Shown here piece after piece: positions 1 through 8,576 of a stretch of DNA of 21,631 bases. How positions within the stretch are numbered: position 1 is the first letter of the stretch; the number at the start of each line of letters is the position of its first letter. Source of the DNA: Candidatus Iainarchaeum sp. GTDB lineage: Archaea; Iainarchaeota; Iainarchaeia; Iainarchaeales; JAFCCW01. Position numbers and translations under genes: made by a program. The DNA is taken from contig JAFCCW010000013.1 in the NCBI GenBank assembly GCA_017609985.1, positions 1 through 21,631 of the forward strand. Direction: 5' to 3'. The notes beneath the pieces were generated by a model. The model made no database searches. It had not been told where the DNA came from and saw nothing but the letters and a program-made list of their open reading frames with translations.

Positions 1-569
1 CCGGTCACTTCCTGAAATGTTGAATTATAGTTATCAAGCGGGAGAAGGTGCCTTGCCGGAAGCGGTAAAGAATCAAGATTTTCAATAGGTTTTCTCGGCT
101 TAGTGTGTATTATTTTTTTGTTCCTGCGAAACGCTATTCCATCAATTTTTGAAAAATCCTTTTTTGAAGCAATCTTTTTCACAAGCTCAAGAAAAGTTTC
201 TTCTCCTTCCCCCACAACAACAACATCTATTTCGGCAAATTTTTTCAACACTTCTTCTGAACAGGCTGTTGCGTGCGCTCCGCCCAAAACCACTGTTGCA
301 TTTGTGGACTTTTTTACCATCTTTGCAATTTTTCCAACAAGCCCCATAATCGGAGTAAAACTTGTCATTCCAACAATGTCTGCTTTTGTTTCCTTTATTT
401 CTTTTTTCAGGTCGGAAAGGCTCATCCTGCTTGCTTCTGCATCCACAATACTGACAGAAATATTATTTTTTTCAAGAACTGCGGCAATATATGCAAGACC
501 AAGTGGCTGTCTTGACGCTCCATATTTATAGAGAATATGCTGTGGTGGATTTATGAGCTGAACCTTCAT
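1..569 (-). CDS. Cobalamin (B12)-binding domain radical SAM protein, N-terminal part (runs off window start)
   Basis: Not in ORF track. Manual translation from ATG at 569: MKVQLINPPQHILYKYGASRQPLGLAYIAAVLEKNNISVSIVDAE...DIVGMTS...VVLGGAHATA...DVVVVGEGEETFLEL...LDSLPLPARHLLP. LINPP, PLGLAYIAA, GGxHAT, GEGE and LPxPAR are hallmarks of class B radical SAM B12-binding domains. AGGTG SD lies upstream. The CxxxCxxC motif would lie outside the window. Confidence 0.9.
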   Translation of the reverse strand, partial: MKVQLINPPQHILYKYGASRQPLGLAYIAAVLEKNNISVSIVDAEASRMSLSDLKKEIKETKADIVGMTSFTPIMGLVGKIAKMVKKSTNATVVLGGAHATACSEEVLKKFAEIDVVVVGEGEETFLELVKKIASKKDFSKIDGIAFRRNKKIIHTKPRKPIENLDSLPLPARHLLPLDNYNSTFQEVT

Positions 570-706
570 TAAATTACACCTTTGAAACTATTTTTGAAAA
601 TTTATTCTGCTAATCCTTTGCAGATAACATAAACTACATTCACTTTAAAATATCATTCTTTATATTTTATTAACATAATAATTTCCTGATAATTGAGTGA
701 TTTTAT

Positions 707-1303
707 ATGGATAAAAAAAATCTTCTGAACGGAAAACCATATCACTATGTTGCGCTGGACGCGCTGAAAAAGCTCAAGCCGGGAAAATTGCTTGAGCTGG
801 GTATAGGCAACGGCAGAATGCTTGAGCAGGCACAGTTGCTGGGTTATGAAGTTCAGGGTGTGGATATAGACGAGAACTTTCTTTCAATTTCGAAAAAGAA
901 GGGATTCAATGTTAAAAAGCTTGATTTAAATAATTCCCTTCCGTTTAAGGATGGCTCTTTTGATTATGTAATGTCCTTTGAGGTGTTGGAACATATTCCA
1001 AACTTTAAAAAAACAATTCAGGAAATAAACCGGGTGCTTAAAAAAGGCGGAAAAGCAATTCTCTCCACACCCAATTGTGGTTTATGGCGTTACAGGTTTG
1101 CTCTGCTCTTCACAGGCAACATGCCTCCCGAGTATGACGGGGCAGAAGGGCATGTGAATCACTATTCTTTCAACCAGTGGAAAAAGATGCTTGAAAAATA
1201 TTTTGAGGTAAAATCTGAAAATACAGAAGTAATATCCAGAAAGCTCAGACTATCAACCAACTTTTTTTCAAAATACTCTTTTTTTGTTTGCGAAAAACCA
1301 TAA
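707..1303 (+). CDS. Class I SAM-dependent methyltransferase (Methyltransf_11/23-like)
   Basis: Motif I LLELGIGNG, GVDID, LPFKDGSFDYV..FEVLEHI, RVLKKGG..ILSTPN; GAGTGA SD upstream of ATG. Confidence 0.9.
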   Translation: MDKKNLLNGKPYHYVALDALKKLKPGKLLELGIGNGRMLEQAQLLGYEVQGVDIDENFLSISKKKGFNVKKLDLNNSLPFKDGSFDYVMSFEVLEHIPNFKKTIQEINRVLKKGGKAILSTPNCGLWRYRFALLFTGNMPPEYDGAEGHVNHYSFNQWKKMLEKYFEVKSENTEVISRKLRLSTNFFSKYSFFVCEKP

Positions 1304-1330
1304 AAAAATTAAAAAGAATCAAAAAGAATC
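1302..1330 (-). terminator. Possible archaeal oligo-T terminator for the minus-strand operon
   Basis: Minus strand reads GATTCTTTTTGATTCTTTTTAATTTTTTT at the point where it converges with the plus-strand methyltransferase. Confidence 0.3.
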
Positions 1331-1387
1331 AGCCCTCATCTGCGAAATAAATTACTCAACCAGTCTCTGTTTTAATCCTGGTGCTGT

Positions 1388-1548
1388 TTACTGCCAGTCT
1401 TCAAAATTAATTTCTGAATATTCCCATTTTATTTCCATTCCTTCTTCAACCCTGGCAGTTTCTTTCGCATCTAAAACACAGCCTCCGAGAAGCACAGAAG
1501 ACAAAAGAGCAAGTCCTAAAAAATTAATCCAATTTTATTAAAATTCAT
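1388..1548 (-). pseudogene. Possible frameshifted/degenerate small lipoprotein
   Basis: ATG at 1548 gives MNFNKIGLIF then TAG at a T6 run (1518-1523). One extra T would give MNFNKIGLIFLGLALLSSVLLGGCVLDAKETARVEEGMEIKWEYSEINFEDWQ*, i.e. a basic n-region, hydrophobic h-region and LLGG-C lipobox-like site. Confidence 0.4.
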
Positions 1549-1568
1549 ACAAAAACCCTGAATCGCTG

Positions 1569-2699
1569 TTAAAGATTTTCCTTTACCTTCTCAGCGACAT
1601 ACTCAACCTGTTTTTCTGAAATGCTTGGAAACATTGGCAGTGTTACTGCGCACTCTTCAAGTTTTTCCGTTACCTCAAGATTGTCCTGTCTGAATTTTTT
1701 GTTTAGATAAAATTCTTGCCTGTGAACCGCAGGGTCAAAGTGAACGCTTGCACCTATTCCCGCAAGTCGAAGTTTATGCAAAAACTTGTTTCTGTTTGTT
1801 TCATCCGAAAGCTTTACAACATACATTTGGTAAACATGCCTGCAGTTTTTATCCTCTCTTGGAATTTCTATTCCCTCAACATCTTCAAGCAGGCTGGAGA
1901 GATATTCTGCGCTTTTTATTCGCCTCTCATTTGCATTATCAATTTTATCCATTTGCACCACGCCGATTGCAGCAAGCACATCGCAAAGCCTGTAGTTATA
2001 TCCTGCAAAGCTTGCGCTCCTGAACCAGGGTCTTTCTTTTTTTTCTCTTTCAAAAGTACTGCTTCCGATTCCGTGTGCTCTTAATGCGGCAATCTTTTCT
2101 GCAAGAGATTCATCATTGCAGGTGACCATTCCCCCTTCTCCGGTTGTAATGTTTTTTGTGGGAAAGAACGAAAAGCAGCCTGTGTCTCCAAAAGAACCTG
2201 TCTTTTTTCCCTTGAATTCAGCGCCTATTGCTTCTGCAGAATCCTCTATCACTGCAAGGGAATGCTTTTTCGCTATACTTCTGATTTCATCCATTTCACA
2301 GCTTTGCCCTGCATAGTGCACTGGCATTATTCCCACAGTTTTTTCTCCAACAAGCCTTTCAATGCTTTCAGGGTCTATATTGCACGAATCCCATTTTACA
2401 TCTGCAAAAACAGGAGTGCACCCTGCAGTAACAATCGCGTTCGCAGAAGCAACAAATGTAAAGCTTGGCAGAATTATTTCTCCTTTCAGTCCCAAGGCTT
2501 CAATTGAAAGCTGGAGCGCCGAAGTGCAGCTGTTCACCGAAACAGAATGTCTGCAACCGATAAATTCTGAAAACTTTTTTTCAAACTCTGCGGCTTTTGG
2601 GCCGTGAGCAAGCCAGCCTGACTCAAGAACACTGCAAACGAGCTTTTTTTCTTCCTCGCCAATTTCTGGAATGCAGAGCGGAATTTTCAAAAAAATCAC
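1569..2699 (-). CDS. DegT/DnrJ/EryC1/StrS family PLP-dependent nucleotide-sugar aminotransferase
   Basis: VNSCTSAL, PSFTFVASANA, PVHYAG, IEDSAEA, FSFFPTKNITTGEGG (catalytic Lys), GYNYRL, LPMFP. Probable true start is TTG at 2690 after a GGTGA SD. Confidence 0.95.
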   Translation of the reverse strand: MIFLKIPLCIPEIGEEEKKLVCSVLESGWLAHGPKAAEFEKKFSEFIGCRHSVSVNSCTSALQLSIEALGLKGEIILPSFTFVASANAIVTAGCTPVFADVKWDSCNIDPESIERLVGEKTVGIMPVHYAGQSCEMDEIRSIAKKHSLAVIEDSAEAIGAEFKGKKTGSFGDTGCFSFFPTKNITTGEGGMVTCNDESLAEKIAALRAHGIGSSTFEREKKERPWFRSASFAGYNYRLCDVLAAIGVVQMDKIDNANERRIKSAEYLSSLLEDVEGIEIPREDKNCRHVYQMYVVKLSDETNRNKFLHKLRLAGIGASVHFDPAVHRQEFYLNKKFRQDNLEVTEKLEECAVTLPMFPSISEKQVEYVAEKVKENL

Positions 2700-3691
2700 C
2701 AGATTATTTTGTTTCCCTTAATGCTTTCAACATAGTTTTTAATTCCTTCTTCAAGACTTGTTTTTGGTTCGTATCCAAACATGGATTTTGCTTTTTCAAT
2801 GCTAAGCGTTCCCCTTTTCGGTCTTAAAAAATCAGATTCCCTGCTTTCAATTTTTGCTTCGGGCACGGCGTCTTTCACAGCATTGGCAAGGTCAAGGACA
2901 CTTCTGGCATTTCCATTTGTAATGTTGAATGTTTCGTTTACTGCTTTTTTTGATTTTGATGCAAGAGCAAATCCGTTTGCCGTATCCTTTACATAAGTGA
3001 AGTCAACTCTTTCAGCCCCGTCGTCAAAAACAGTTAATGGTTTTCCTTTCAACGCGTTTTGCACAAAAAGCTGTGTAACGCGCAGGTTTGAGTCTCCCGC
3101 TCCGTACACTGCTGAAGGCCGTATTATTGTGTAATCAATTCCGAATTTTTTTCCGTAGGCTTTTGTGAGAATTTCCCCGCAAAGTTTTGTTCCCCCATAA
3201 ACATCTATTGGTGTTGTGGGGTGATTTTCATCTGCCGGCTCATACTCAAAATCCCCATACACAAAACTGCTTGAAGTGTAAACAAATCTTTCAAACCCGC
3301 CCAACTCGCGCATGCTTTCAAGAACATTCAGTGTTCCATTAAGGTTTATTCCCTGTGAATCCTCTGGAAATTCATTTGCCTTGGTTGCAATCGGCACTGC
3401 GGCAAGGTGAACAACTATGTCCGGTCTGGATTTTCTAATAGCCCGAAGCAGATGTCCCTTGTTTCTGACATCCCCGCGCAGAATTTCAGCCTTGTCCTTT
3501 AACTCTGTTAATCGCATGGCAAGAGTGTTAGAATAATTGCTCTTAAGCGGGTCAATGTAGTTGTTGAAGGCATCATAGCAGACAACTTTGTTTCCCTCGT
3601 CTGCAAGCTGGCGGGATAAATAGCTTCCGATAAAACCGCATCCGCCAGTAATAAAATATTTCATAGTAATCCACGCTTTAGATTCACTCAT
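2696..3691 (-). CDS. NAD-dependent epimerase/dehydratase (extended SDR, UDP-glucose 4-epimerase-like)
   Basis: ITGGCGFIG, HLAA, SSSFVYG, YGGTK (YxxxK), RDFTY-like RVDFTYV. Start may be ATG 3664 (MKYFITGG). Confidence 0.93.
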   Translation of the reverse strand: MSESKAWITMKYFITGGCGFIGSYLSRQLADEGNKVVCYDAFNNYIDPLKSNYSNTLAMRLTELKDKAEILRGDVRNKGHLLRAIRKSRPDIVVHLAAVPIATKANEFPEDSQGINLNGTLNVLESMRELGGFERFVYTSSSFVYGDFEYEPADENHPTTPIDVYGGTKLCGEILTKAYGKKFGIDYTIIRPSAVYGAGDSNLRVTQLFVQNALKGKPLTVFDDGAERVDFTYVKDTANGFALASKSKKAVNETFNITNGNARSVLDLANAVKDAVPEAKIESRESDFLRPKRGTLSIEKAKSMFGYEPKTSLEEGIKNYVESIKGNKIIW

Positions 3692-3754
3692 GTTTGTTAG
3701 TTATTTTAATTGAATTGGTGCAATCCTGAAATTCAGAATTTGAATTTCCAAATA

Positions 3755-4711
3755 TTAATGCTTCCACATTTCTTGCTTTTGGCCCTGATACCATTTAAGA
3801 AGCTTTTCAAGCCCTTTATCCAGCGAAAACTTCGGTTCAAATCCGAGTTCCTTTTTTGCTCTTGAAATATCAGCACAAAGTCTCATTACTTCTCCAGGTC
3901 GCGGGTCAACAAAAACAGGCTCAATTTTGCCTTTGTTGTCAGTCATTTCAATTATTTTATTTGCCAAATCCAATATTTTTATTTCCGCACCGCTTCCAAA
4001 ATTAATCGGCGTCTTGAGCTTCTTTGCATTTAAAACCAAATCATATGCATTAACAGTGTCTTCAACAAATGTGTAATCTCTTGTTTGAGTGCCATCACCA
4101 TAAATAATAGGAGGCTTTCCGTCAAGAATTCTTTTCATAAAAATTGAAATTACCCCGCCATAGCCGGAGTCCCTTTGCCTTGGTCCGAAAATATTGAACG
4201 GTCTTATGATATTAATATCCAATCCATAGGTTCTGTTATAGCCGTAGCACATTCTATCTGCTCCTGCCTTTGATGCTCCATAGGGGTGCTGTGGCAGTAA
4301 AGGATGTGATTCATCCATCCTATGAGTTTGTGCTGTTCCATACACTTCTGAAGTGGATGCAAAAATGACTTTTTTGGTGTCGTGCCTTCTCACTGATTCA
4401 AGAATGTTCAGTGTTCCAATCACATTAACATCATAGGTTTCCCTTGGTTCAACAATGGATTTGTCAACATGAATCTGGGCTGCAAGATGCATTATTACGT
4501 CAACTTCGGGGATAATTTTCTCAAGCAAATCTCTGTCCCTGATGTCTCCCTTGATTAACTTAAAATTTGGATAGTTCAGCAGACCGCGGATATTGTGCAG
4601 GTTAGAATTTGAGAAATTGTCCAGACAGAATACTTTATGCCCATCTTTTACATATTTTTCACAGAGGTGGCTTCCTACAAATCCAGCCCCGCCTGTAATC
4701 AGCATTTTCAT
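3755..4711 (-). CDS. NAD-dependent epimerase/dehydratase (NDP-sugar 4,6-dehydratase / UDP-GlcA decarboxylase-like SDR)
   Basis: ITGGAGFVG, HLAAQIHVDKS, STSEVYG, PYGASK, RPFNIFGPRQ, GDGTQTRDYTFV. ATG 4711 is preferred over GTG 4729 because a TTTAAAA box lies about 24 nt upstream. Confidence 0.93.
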   Translation of the reverse strand: MKMLITGGAGFVGSHLCEKYVKDGHKVFCLDNFSNSNLHNIRGLLNYPNFKLIKGDIRDRDLLEKIIPEVDVIMHLAAQIHVDKSIVEPRETYDVNVIGTLNILESVRRHDTKKVIFASTSEVYGTAQTHRMDESHPLLPQHPYGASKAGADRMCYGYNRTYGLDINIIRPFNIFGPRQRDSGYGGVISIFMKRILDGKPPIIYGDGTQTRDYTFVEDTVNAYDLVLNAKKLKTPINFGSGAEIKILDLANKIIEMTDNKGKIEPVFVDPRPGEVMRLCADISRAKKELGFEPKFSLDKGLEKLLKWYQGQKQEMWKH

Positions 4712-4734
4712 GGAATAATTGGTTTGCACAATCC

Positions 4735-4741
4735 TTTTAAA
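4735..4741 (-). promoter_or_regulatory. Putative archaeal TATA box (leaderless transcript)
   Basis: TTTAAAA on the minus strand about 24 nt upstream of ATG 4711, with no SD before that ATG. Confidence 0.35.
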
Positions 4742-4782
4742 TCAAAGTTATTTGCCTGATTTGGCGTGTTTTTGGCACAATT

Positions 4783-5547
4783 TTATGCTTTTATGCCCAC
4801 GAAAACAAAAGTCGGGCTAAAAAATTTGATTAAAGGCGCAAGCGGTTTAAGGAGTTTTGCAAGCCAGACTGTTGCGCTTCCAATGTCTTTTTCGATACCA
4901 AACTCGGTTGGGTTCTGGATGATTTTGGAAGTATAATCAATTGCATTAAATCCTGATTCAGCCAGCATTTTTTCAGTGCCATGGAATGTGTGAGAGTGCA
5001 CATCAAACTTTTTTGCTCCTCTTGCCTTTGCAAAAGCATCAGCCAAAAAACCAGGCATTATTCCCATAAAAGGAATTTTAAAATGAACCTCAATTGGCGA
5101 AAGCTTATTTGGGACCGCAAGATAAATCAAGCCGCCGGGTTTCAGGATTCTGTGAGCCTCGGACAAATACTTTTTCTGGTTTGAAACATGCTCAAGCACC
5201 TGATAGGAAATAACAATGTCAAAAAAGTTGTCTTCAAAGGAAACTCTTTCTCCGTCCTCCTGTTGGAAAAAAAGATTTCTGCAGTTGTGTTTCTTTTTTA
5301 GCTTTATGCAGTTTGAAACAGCTTTTTTGTTGATGTCTATTGCAAAAACCTTTTTTGCATGTTTTGCAAACTCAAGCGAATTGTATCCATAGCCGCATCC
5401 GTCATCAAGGACAACAGCTGTCTTCATGTTCTTGTGGCTGGAAATTATTTTTATGATTCTTTCTGCCTTGGCTTCTGCATTTCTCCAGCTTTCTGGAGTG
5501 CCAGACATTTCCTCTAAATAGTTTATTTTTTTACTCACAGCAAGCAA
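4783..5547 (-). CDS. Class I SAM-dependent methyltransferase
   Basis: VLDDGCGYG, AIDIN, FEDNFFDIVISYQVLEHV, RILKPGGLIYLAVPN. Likely start is GTG 5538 overlapping the upstream stop (GTGA). Confidence 0.9.
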   Translation of the reverse strand: MLAVSKKINYLEEMSGTPESWRNAEAKAERIIKIISSHKNMKTAVVLDDGCGYGYNSLEFAKHAKKVFAIDINKKAVSNCIKLKKKHNCRNLFFQQEDGERVSFEDNFFDIVISYQVLEHVSNQKKYLSEAHRILKPGGLIYLAVPNKLSPIEVHFKIPFMGIMPGFLADAFAKARGAKKFDVHSHTFHGTEKMLAESGFNAIDYTSKIIQNPTEFGIEKDIGSATVWLAKLLKPLAPLIKFFSPTFVFVGIKA

Positions 5548-6164
5548 GTCCTTTCGTTTTCTTCCAGTAGCAAACTTGTTTCAGCAGCAATTCGTTCATA
5601 CAAAGAGAAAACAGAGTCACTGTCCAAAACCCGAACCGGTTTCTGCGCGACAACCTCGCCGCCGTCCACTTCAGCAGAAAGCCTGTGCAGGCTGACCCCG
5701 ACTACTTTCTCTCTGTTCTTTAATGCTCTTGGAATTGGGTTGGAACCCTTATAGGCTGGTAGGAGAGAACGGTGCACATTATAGCCTTTGAAAGATTTCA
5801 CGACTGCGGAGGGAATCACCCTGTTAAAACCGACAGACAATACAATACCCTTCCAGTTCTGAATCCTTTTCCACAGCAGTTGCTCATTGCCGTCATCAAC
5901 ATGAATGCATTCAATTCCGTGCTCTTCACAAACCCTGTCAAAAAAGCCCTTCTTTCTGCTTCTTGCGGCAATTTGAAAACCTCTTGACAGCAAATGCTTT
6001 AGCCCAAAGCGCTGAATGGTTTCCACAATGTTTTTTAGTAACCTTCCTTTAATTCTGGAAACAGCCACAAGTTTTATTCTTCCATGGTTTTTTTTAATAA
6101 ATTTCTGCAGAGCCATCTCTAAATAAACATCATCAAATGTCAGCAACGCAATCTCCTGTTCCAT
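5535..6164 (-). CDS. Formyltransferase family protein (Formyl_trans_N; probable sugar N-formyltransferase)
   Basis: YNVHRSLLPAYKGSNP (NxHxSLLPxxxG), GVSLH....VDGGEVV. Single domain with no Fmt C-terminal domain, located in a sugar cluster. Confidence 0.85.
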   Translation of the reverse strand: MEQEIALLTFDDVYLEMALQKFIKKNHGRIKLVAVSRIKGRLLKNIVETIQRFGLKHLLSRGFQIAARSRKKGFFDRVCEEHGIECIHVDDGNEQLLWKRIQNWKGIVLSVGFNRVIPSAVVKSFKGYNVHRSLLPAYKGSNPIPRALKNREKVVGVSLHRLSAEVDGGEVVAQKPVRVLDSDSVFSLYERIAAETSLLLEENERTCLL

Positions 6165-6291
6165 TATCTACCATGCTCAATTATAATTTGACTTTTTTGT
6201 CACTCTTCAAATTTTTCATTTATCTTTTTTAATTTTCAAAATATCATCTCCTTTCCCTGTGCAGAGCTGTTGTGCTCTTTTCAACTAATTG

Positions 6292-7509
6292 TCAGCGCAC
6301 TCTCTGCTGAATTTCGCTGTAAGTTTTTATGTATCGTTCAATTGCCTTCTCTTGTGAATACTCTTCCTTAATTCTTAACAAGGCATGCTTTTCAAGTTTT
6401 TTTTTCTTCTTGTTATCTTTAAGGACTGATAATATGCTTTCAGCTAGCGCACTGCTGTTGCCAATCGGAAACTTGACAGCAGAGTTGTTTTCCACAACCT
6501 CTTTAATTCCTGAAAGGTCACTCACCACGCACGCCTTTCCACATGCCATTGCCTCCAGCAGTACATTCGGGGTTGTGTCAAAAAAGCTCGGCAAAACAAA
6601 CACGTCGGCGGCAGTAAAATAAGAAGGCATATCTTCTCGTGAAATATTTCCAACAAAATCAATGCTTTTTTCAAGATTTTTTTTTCTTACAAGGTCTTTG
6701 AGTTCGGATTCCATCGGGCCACTGCCACCTATGACAAGCCGTGCATTCTTTTCCACTTCCAGAACTTGCTCCATTGCAGTGATAAGCACATCAATTCCCT
6801 TCCATTCAACAAAGCGCGCCGCACACAATATAATTTTTCCTTCCAATCCAAGTTTTTTCTTTGCCTTTTCTTTGCCGGAATCGGGTTTGAACAAGCCGGT
6901 GTTAACGCCGTTCTGAAGCACATGTATTTTTTCATCGGATAAACCCCGCGTTTCCAAAAACCTTTTTCCATAGAATGCATCAGGAAGTATCAGGTCATAG
7001 GTCTTGAAATACCAGTTCTCAATTCCATGAAACATTCCCGCCAAACCTGTTCTGAATTTAAGGGTTTCATCCAGCCCGTTTTTAGGGTTGAATTCTTTAA
7101 ATTTTTTCAGGCAAAGATATTCAAAAACCAAGTCTCCCCCGTATTTCAGCAGAAACGGTTTTTTTCTGACAAATTTTTTTGACAGTGCTCCTGCAAAGCC
7201 TGCGATGGACAGGTCATGTGCATGAAACAAATCATGGTCTCTTTTTGACACAATCTTTTTTGACAGGGAAAGCATTGCAGCAGCCATGTTTATGTTTGAG
7301 AATTCATTTCCCGGCAGGGCAAAACATCGTTCAATTTTCACGCCGTTAATTGTTTCCTTTCTTGGCGCATTCCCCCCGCTTTGAGTCAAAACCGTTACCT
7401 CAAATCCGTCTTCAACCAGTTTTTGAGAAAGCACATCAAGAAAAGAGCCACTGCCGCCGGTTTTTGGCGGAAAAACCCTGCTAACCATGCATAGCTTCAA
7501 ATAGAACAC
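6292..7509 (-). CDS. Glycosyltransferase family 4
   Basis: FPPKTGG, NGVN, ARFVEWKG, ADVFVLPS..DTTPNVLLEAMACG. Probable start is TTG 7500 after an AAGGTG SD. Confidence 0.93.
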   Translation of the reverse strand: MFYLKLCMVSRVFPPKTGGSGSFLDVLSQKLVEDGFEVTVLTQSGGNAPRKETINGVKIERCFALPGNEFSNINMAAAMLSLSKKIVSKRDHDLFHAHDLSIAGFAGALSKKFVRKKPFLLKYGGDLVFEYLCLKKFKEFNPKNGLDETLKFRTGLAGMFHGIENWYFKTYDLILPDAFYGKRFLETRGLSDEKIHVLQNGVNTGLFKPDSGKEKAKKKLGLEGKIILCAARFVEWKGIDVLITAMEQVLEVEKNARLVIGGSGPMESELKDLVRKKNLEKSIDFVGNISREDMPSYFTAADVFVLPSFFDTTPNVLLEAMACGKACVVSDLSGIKEVVENNSAVKFPIGNSSALAESILSVLKDNKKKKKLEKHALLRIKEEYSQEKAIERYIKTYSEIQQRVR

Positions 7510-7519
7510 ACACCTTCAA

Positions 7520-7861
7520 CTATTTTTTCTCTTTTTCCAGCGCGGTTTTTCTCGCAAGAACAGTTATACTGCTTTCAAGCGCCCTTGCTTTGAAAAAGTT
7601 TTTGATTGAGAAAAATAATGCTGTTAATGCAACAATGCTCAGGAACGCAAATTCCTGACGCGCAAAACCAATGGTTTCAGTAAATTGCTTTGAAACCTCG
7701 GGCAAAACAATCATTACCATAAGTGCGACGGACGTGATTAAGAGTCCGAGAGAAAATGCATCCATTCCACGCTTTCGCGTGTTATTGAGTACAAAAACAA
7801 TCAGGACAGCAAGAAATATAATTCCAGCAATTGTTGTGATGTTGGGCAGCATTTCACGCAC
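7520..7861 (-). CDS. DUF2304-like small membrane protein (partner of polyprenol-P glycosyltransferase)
   Basis: Three hydrophobic segments, P....IG..R pattern and C-terminal LESSITVLARKTAL; directly coupled to the upstream DPM1-like GT2. Confidence 0.75.
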   Translation of the reverse strand: MREMLPNITTIAGIIFLAVLIVFVLNNTRKRGMDAFSLGLLITSVALMVMIVLPEVSKQFTETIGFARQEFAFLSIVALTALFFSIKNFFKARALESSITVLARKTALEKEKK

Positions 7862-8543
7862 CTCTTGTTACATTCTCAAGCGCGATTTTGACACCGTCTA
7901 AAAAAGTGGTTCCGCGCTTGCCATCATATCTTGTTTCAATCGGAACTTCTTTTAATACAAGGTTGTGGATTTTTGCTTCCCTGTACACTTCGGCAATGTA
8001 ACCGTATCTGTCAATCCTGAAATTCATTGTGTCAAGTGCCTTTCTGTTGAAAGCCCGAAACCCGCACATGGTGTCAGTTCCCCGCCAGCCGTAAAACACA
8101 AGCACAAAGATGTTGAGCAGTATGTTTCCGATTTTCTTAAACAACGGCATTGTCTTTGTATTTCCCAGAAACCTTGAACCGATGGTGCAGTCTGCCTCTC
8201 CGCATATCACCGGATTAACAACTGCAAAAATGTCTTTTGCTTCATGCTGGTCGTCAGCATCCATTGTTATGACAAAGTCGCTGTCAAGCATTTTTGCCTT
8301 TTCAAATCCTGTGACTGTTGCAGCTCCAACGCCCCGGTTTATTGGATGGTGTAAAACTATTGCGCCTGCCTTTTTTGCTATTTTAAAGGTATTGTCTGTG
8401 CTTCCATCGTCAACCATTATAATGAAAGTTTTTAGTTCCAACGAATTCTTTTCAAGAACAGAAAAAAGCTTTTTCAAAACCTTTCCAATTCGCTCGCCCT
8501 CATTATAGCCAGGAATAACTACGCTTAAAACTTTCTTAGCCAT
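7854..8543 (-). CDS. Glycosyltransferase family 2 (DPM1-like polyprenol-phosphate glycosyltransferase)
   Basis: SVVIPGYNE, VDDGSTDNT, NRGVGAA, MDADDQH, GSRF, DTMCGFRAF, EVPI. Confidence 0.93.
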   Translation of the reverse strand: MAKKVLSVVIPGYNEGERIGKVLKKLFSVLEKNSLELKTFIIMVDDGSTDNTFKIAKKAGAIVLHHPINRGVGAATVTGFEKAKMLDSDFVITMDADDQHEAKDIFAVVNPVICGEADCTIGSRFLGNTKTMPLFKKIGNILLNIFVLVFYGWRGTDTMCGFRAFNRKALDTMNFRIDRYGYIAEVYREAKIHNLVLKEVPIETRYDGKRGTTFLDGVKIALENVTRGA

Positions 8544-8576
8544 AACATCACAATATAGAATGATTTATTTAATTGT

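Noticed and set aside
103-531. Plus-strand ORFs 103..531, 149..349 and 273..515
   Set aside because: Antisense shadows of the minus-strand B12 radical SAM gene, with Phe/Ser-rich composition and no motifs
1284-1541. 85-aa plus-strand ORF in the gap
   Set aside because: TTG start inside the upstream gene, no SD or motifs; the minus strand looks more protein-like
5535-6164. Calling the formyltransferase fmt or purN
   Set aside because: No Fmt C-terminal domain or PurN N-terminal SGxGSN loop; the context is sugar biosynthesis
6165-6291. 127-bp gap with GGAGATG SD-like site and a short GAGC..GCTC hairpin
   Set aside because: Only 3-7 codon frames follow and the stem is too short to support an ncRNA or peptide
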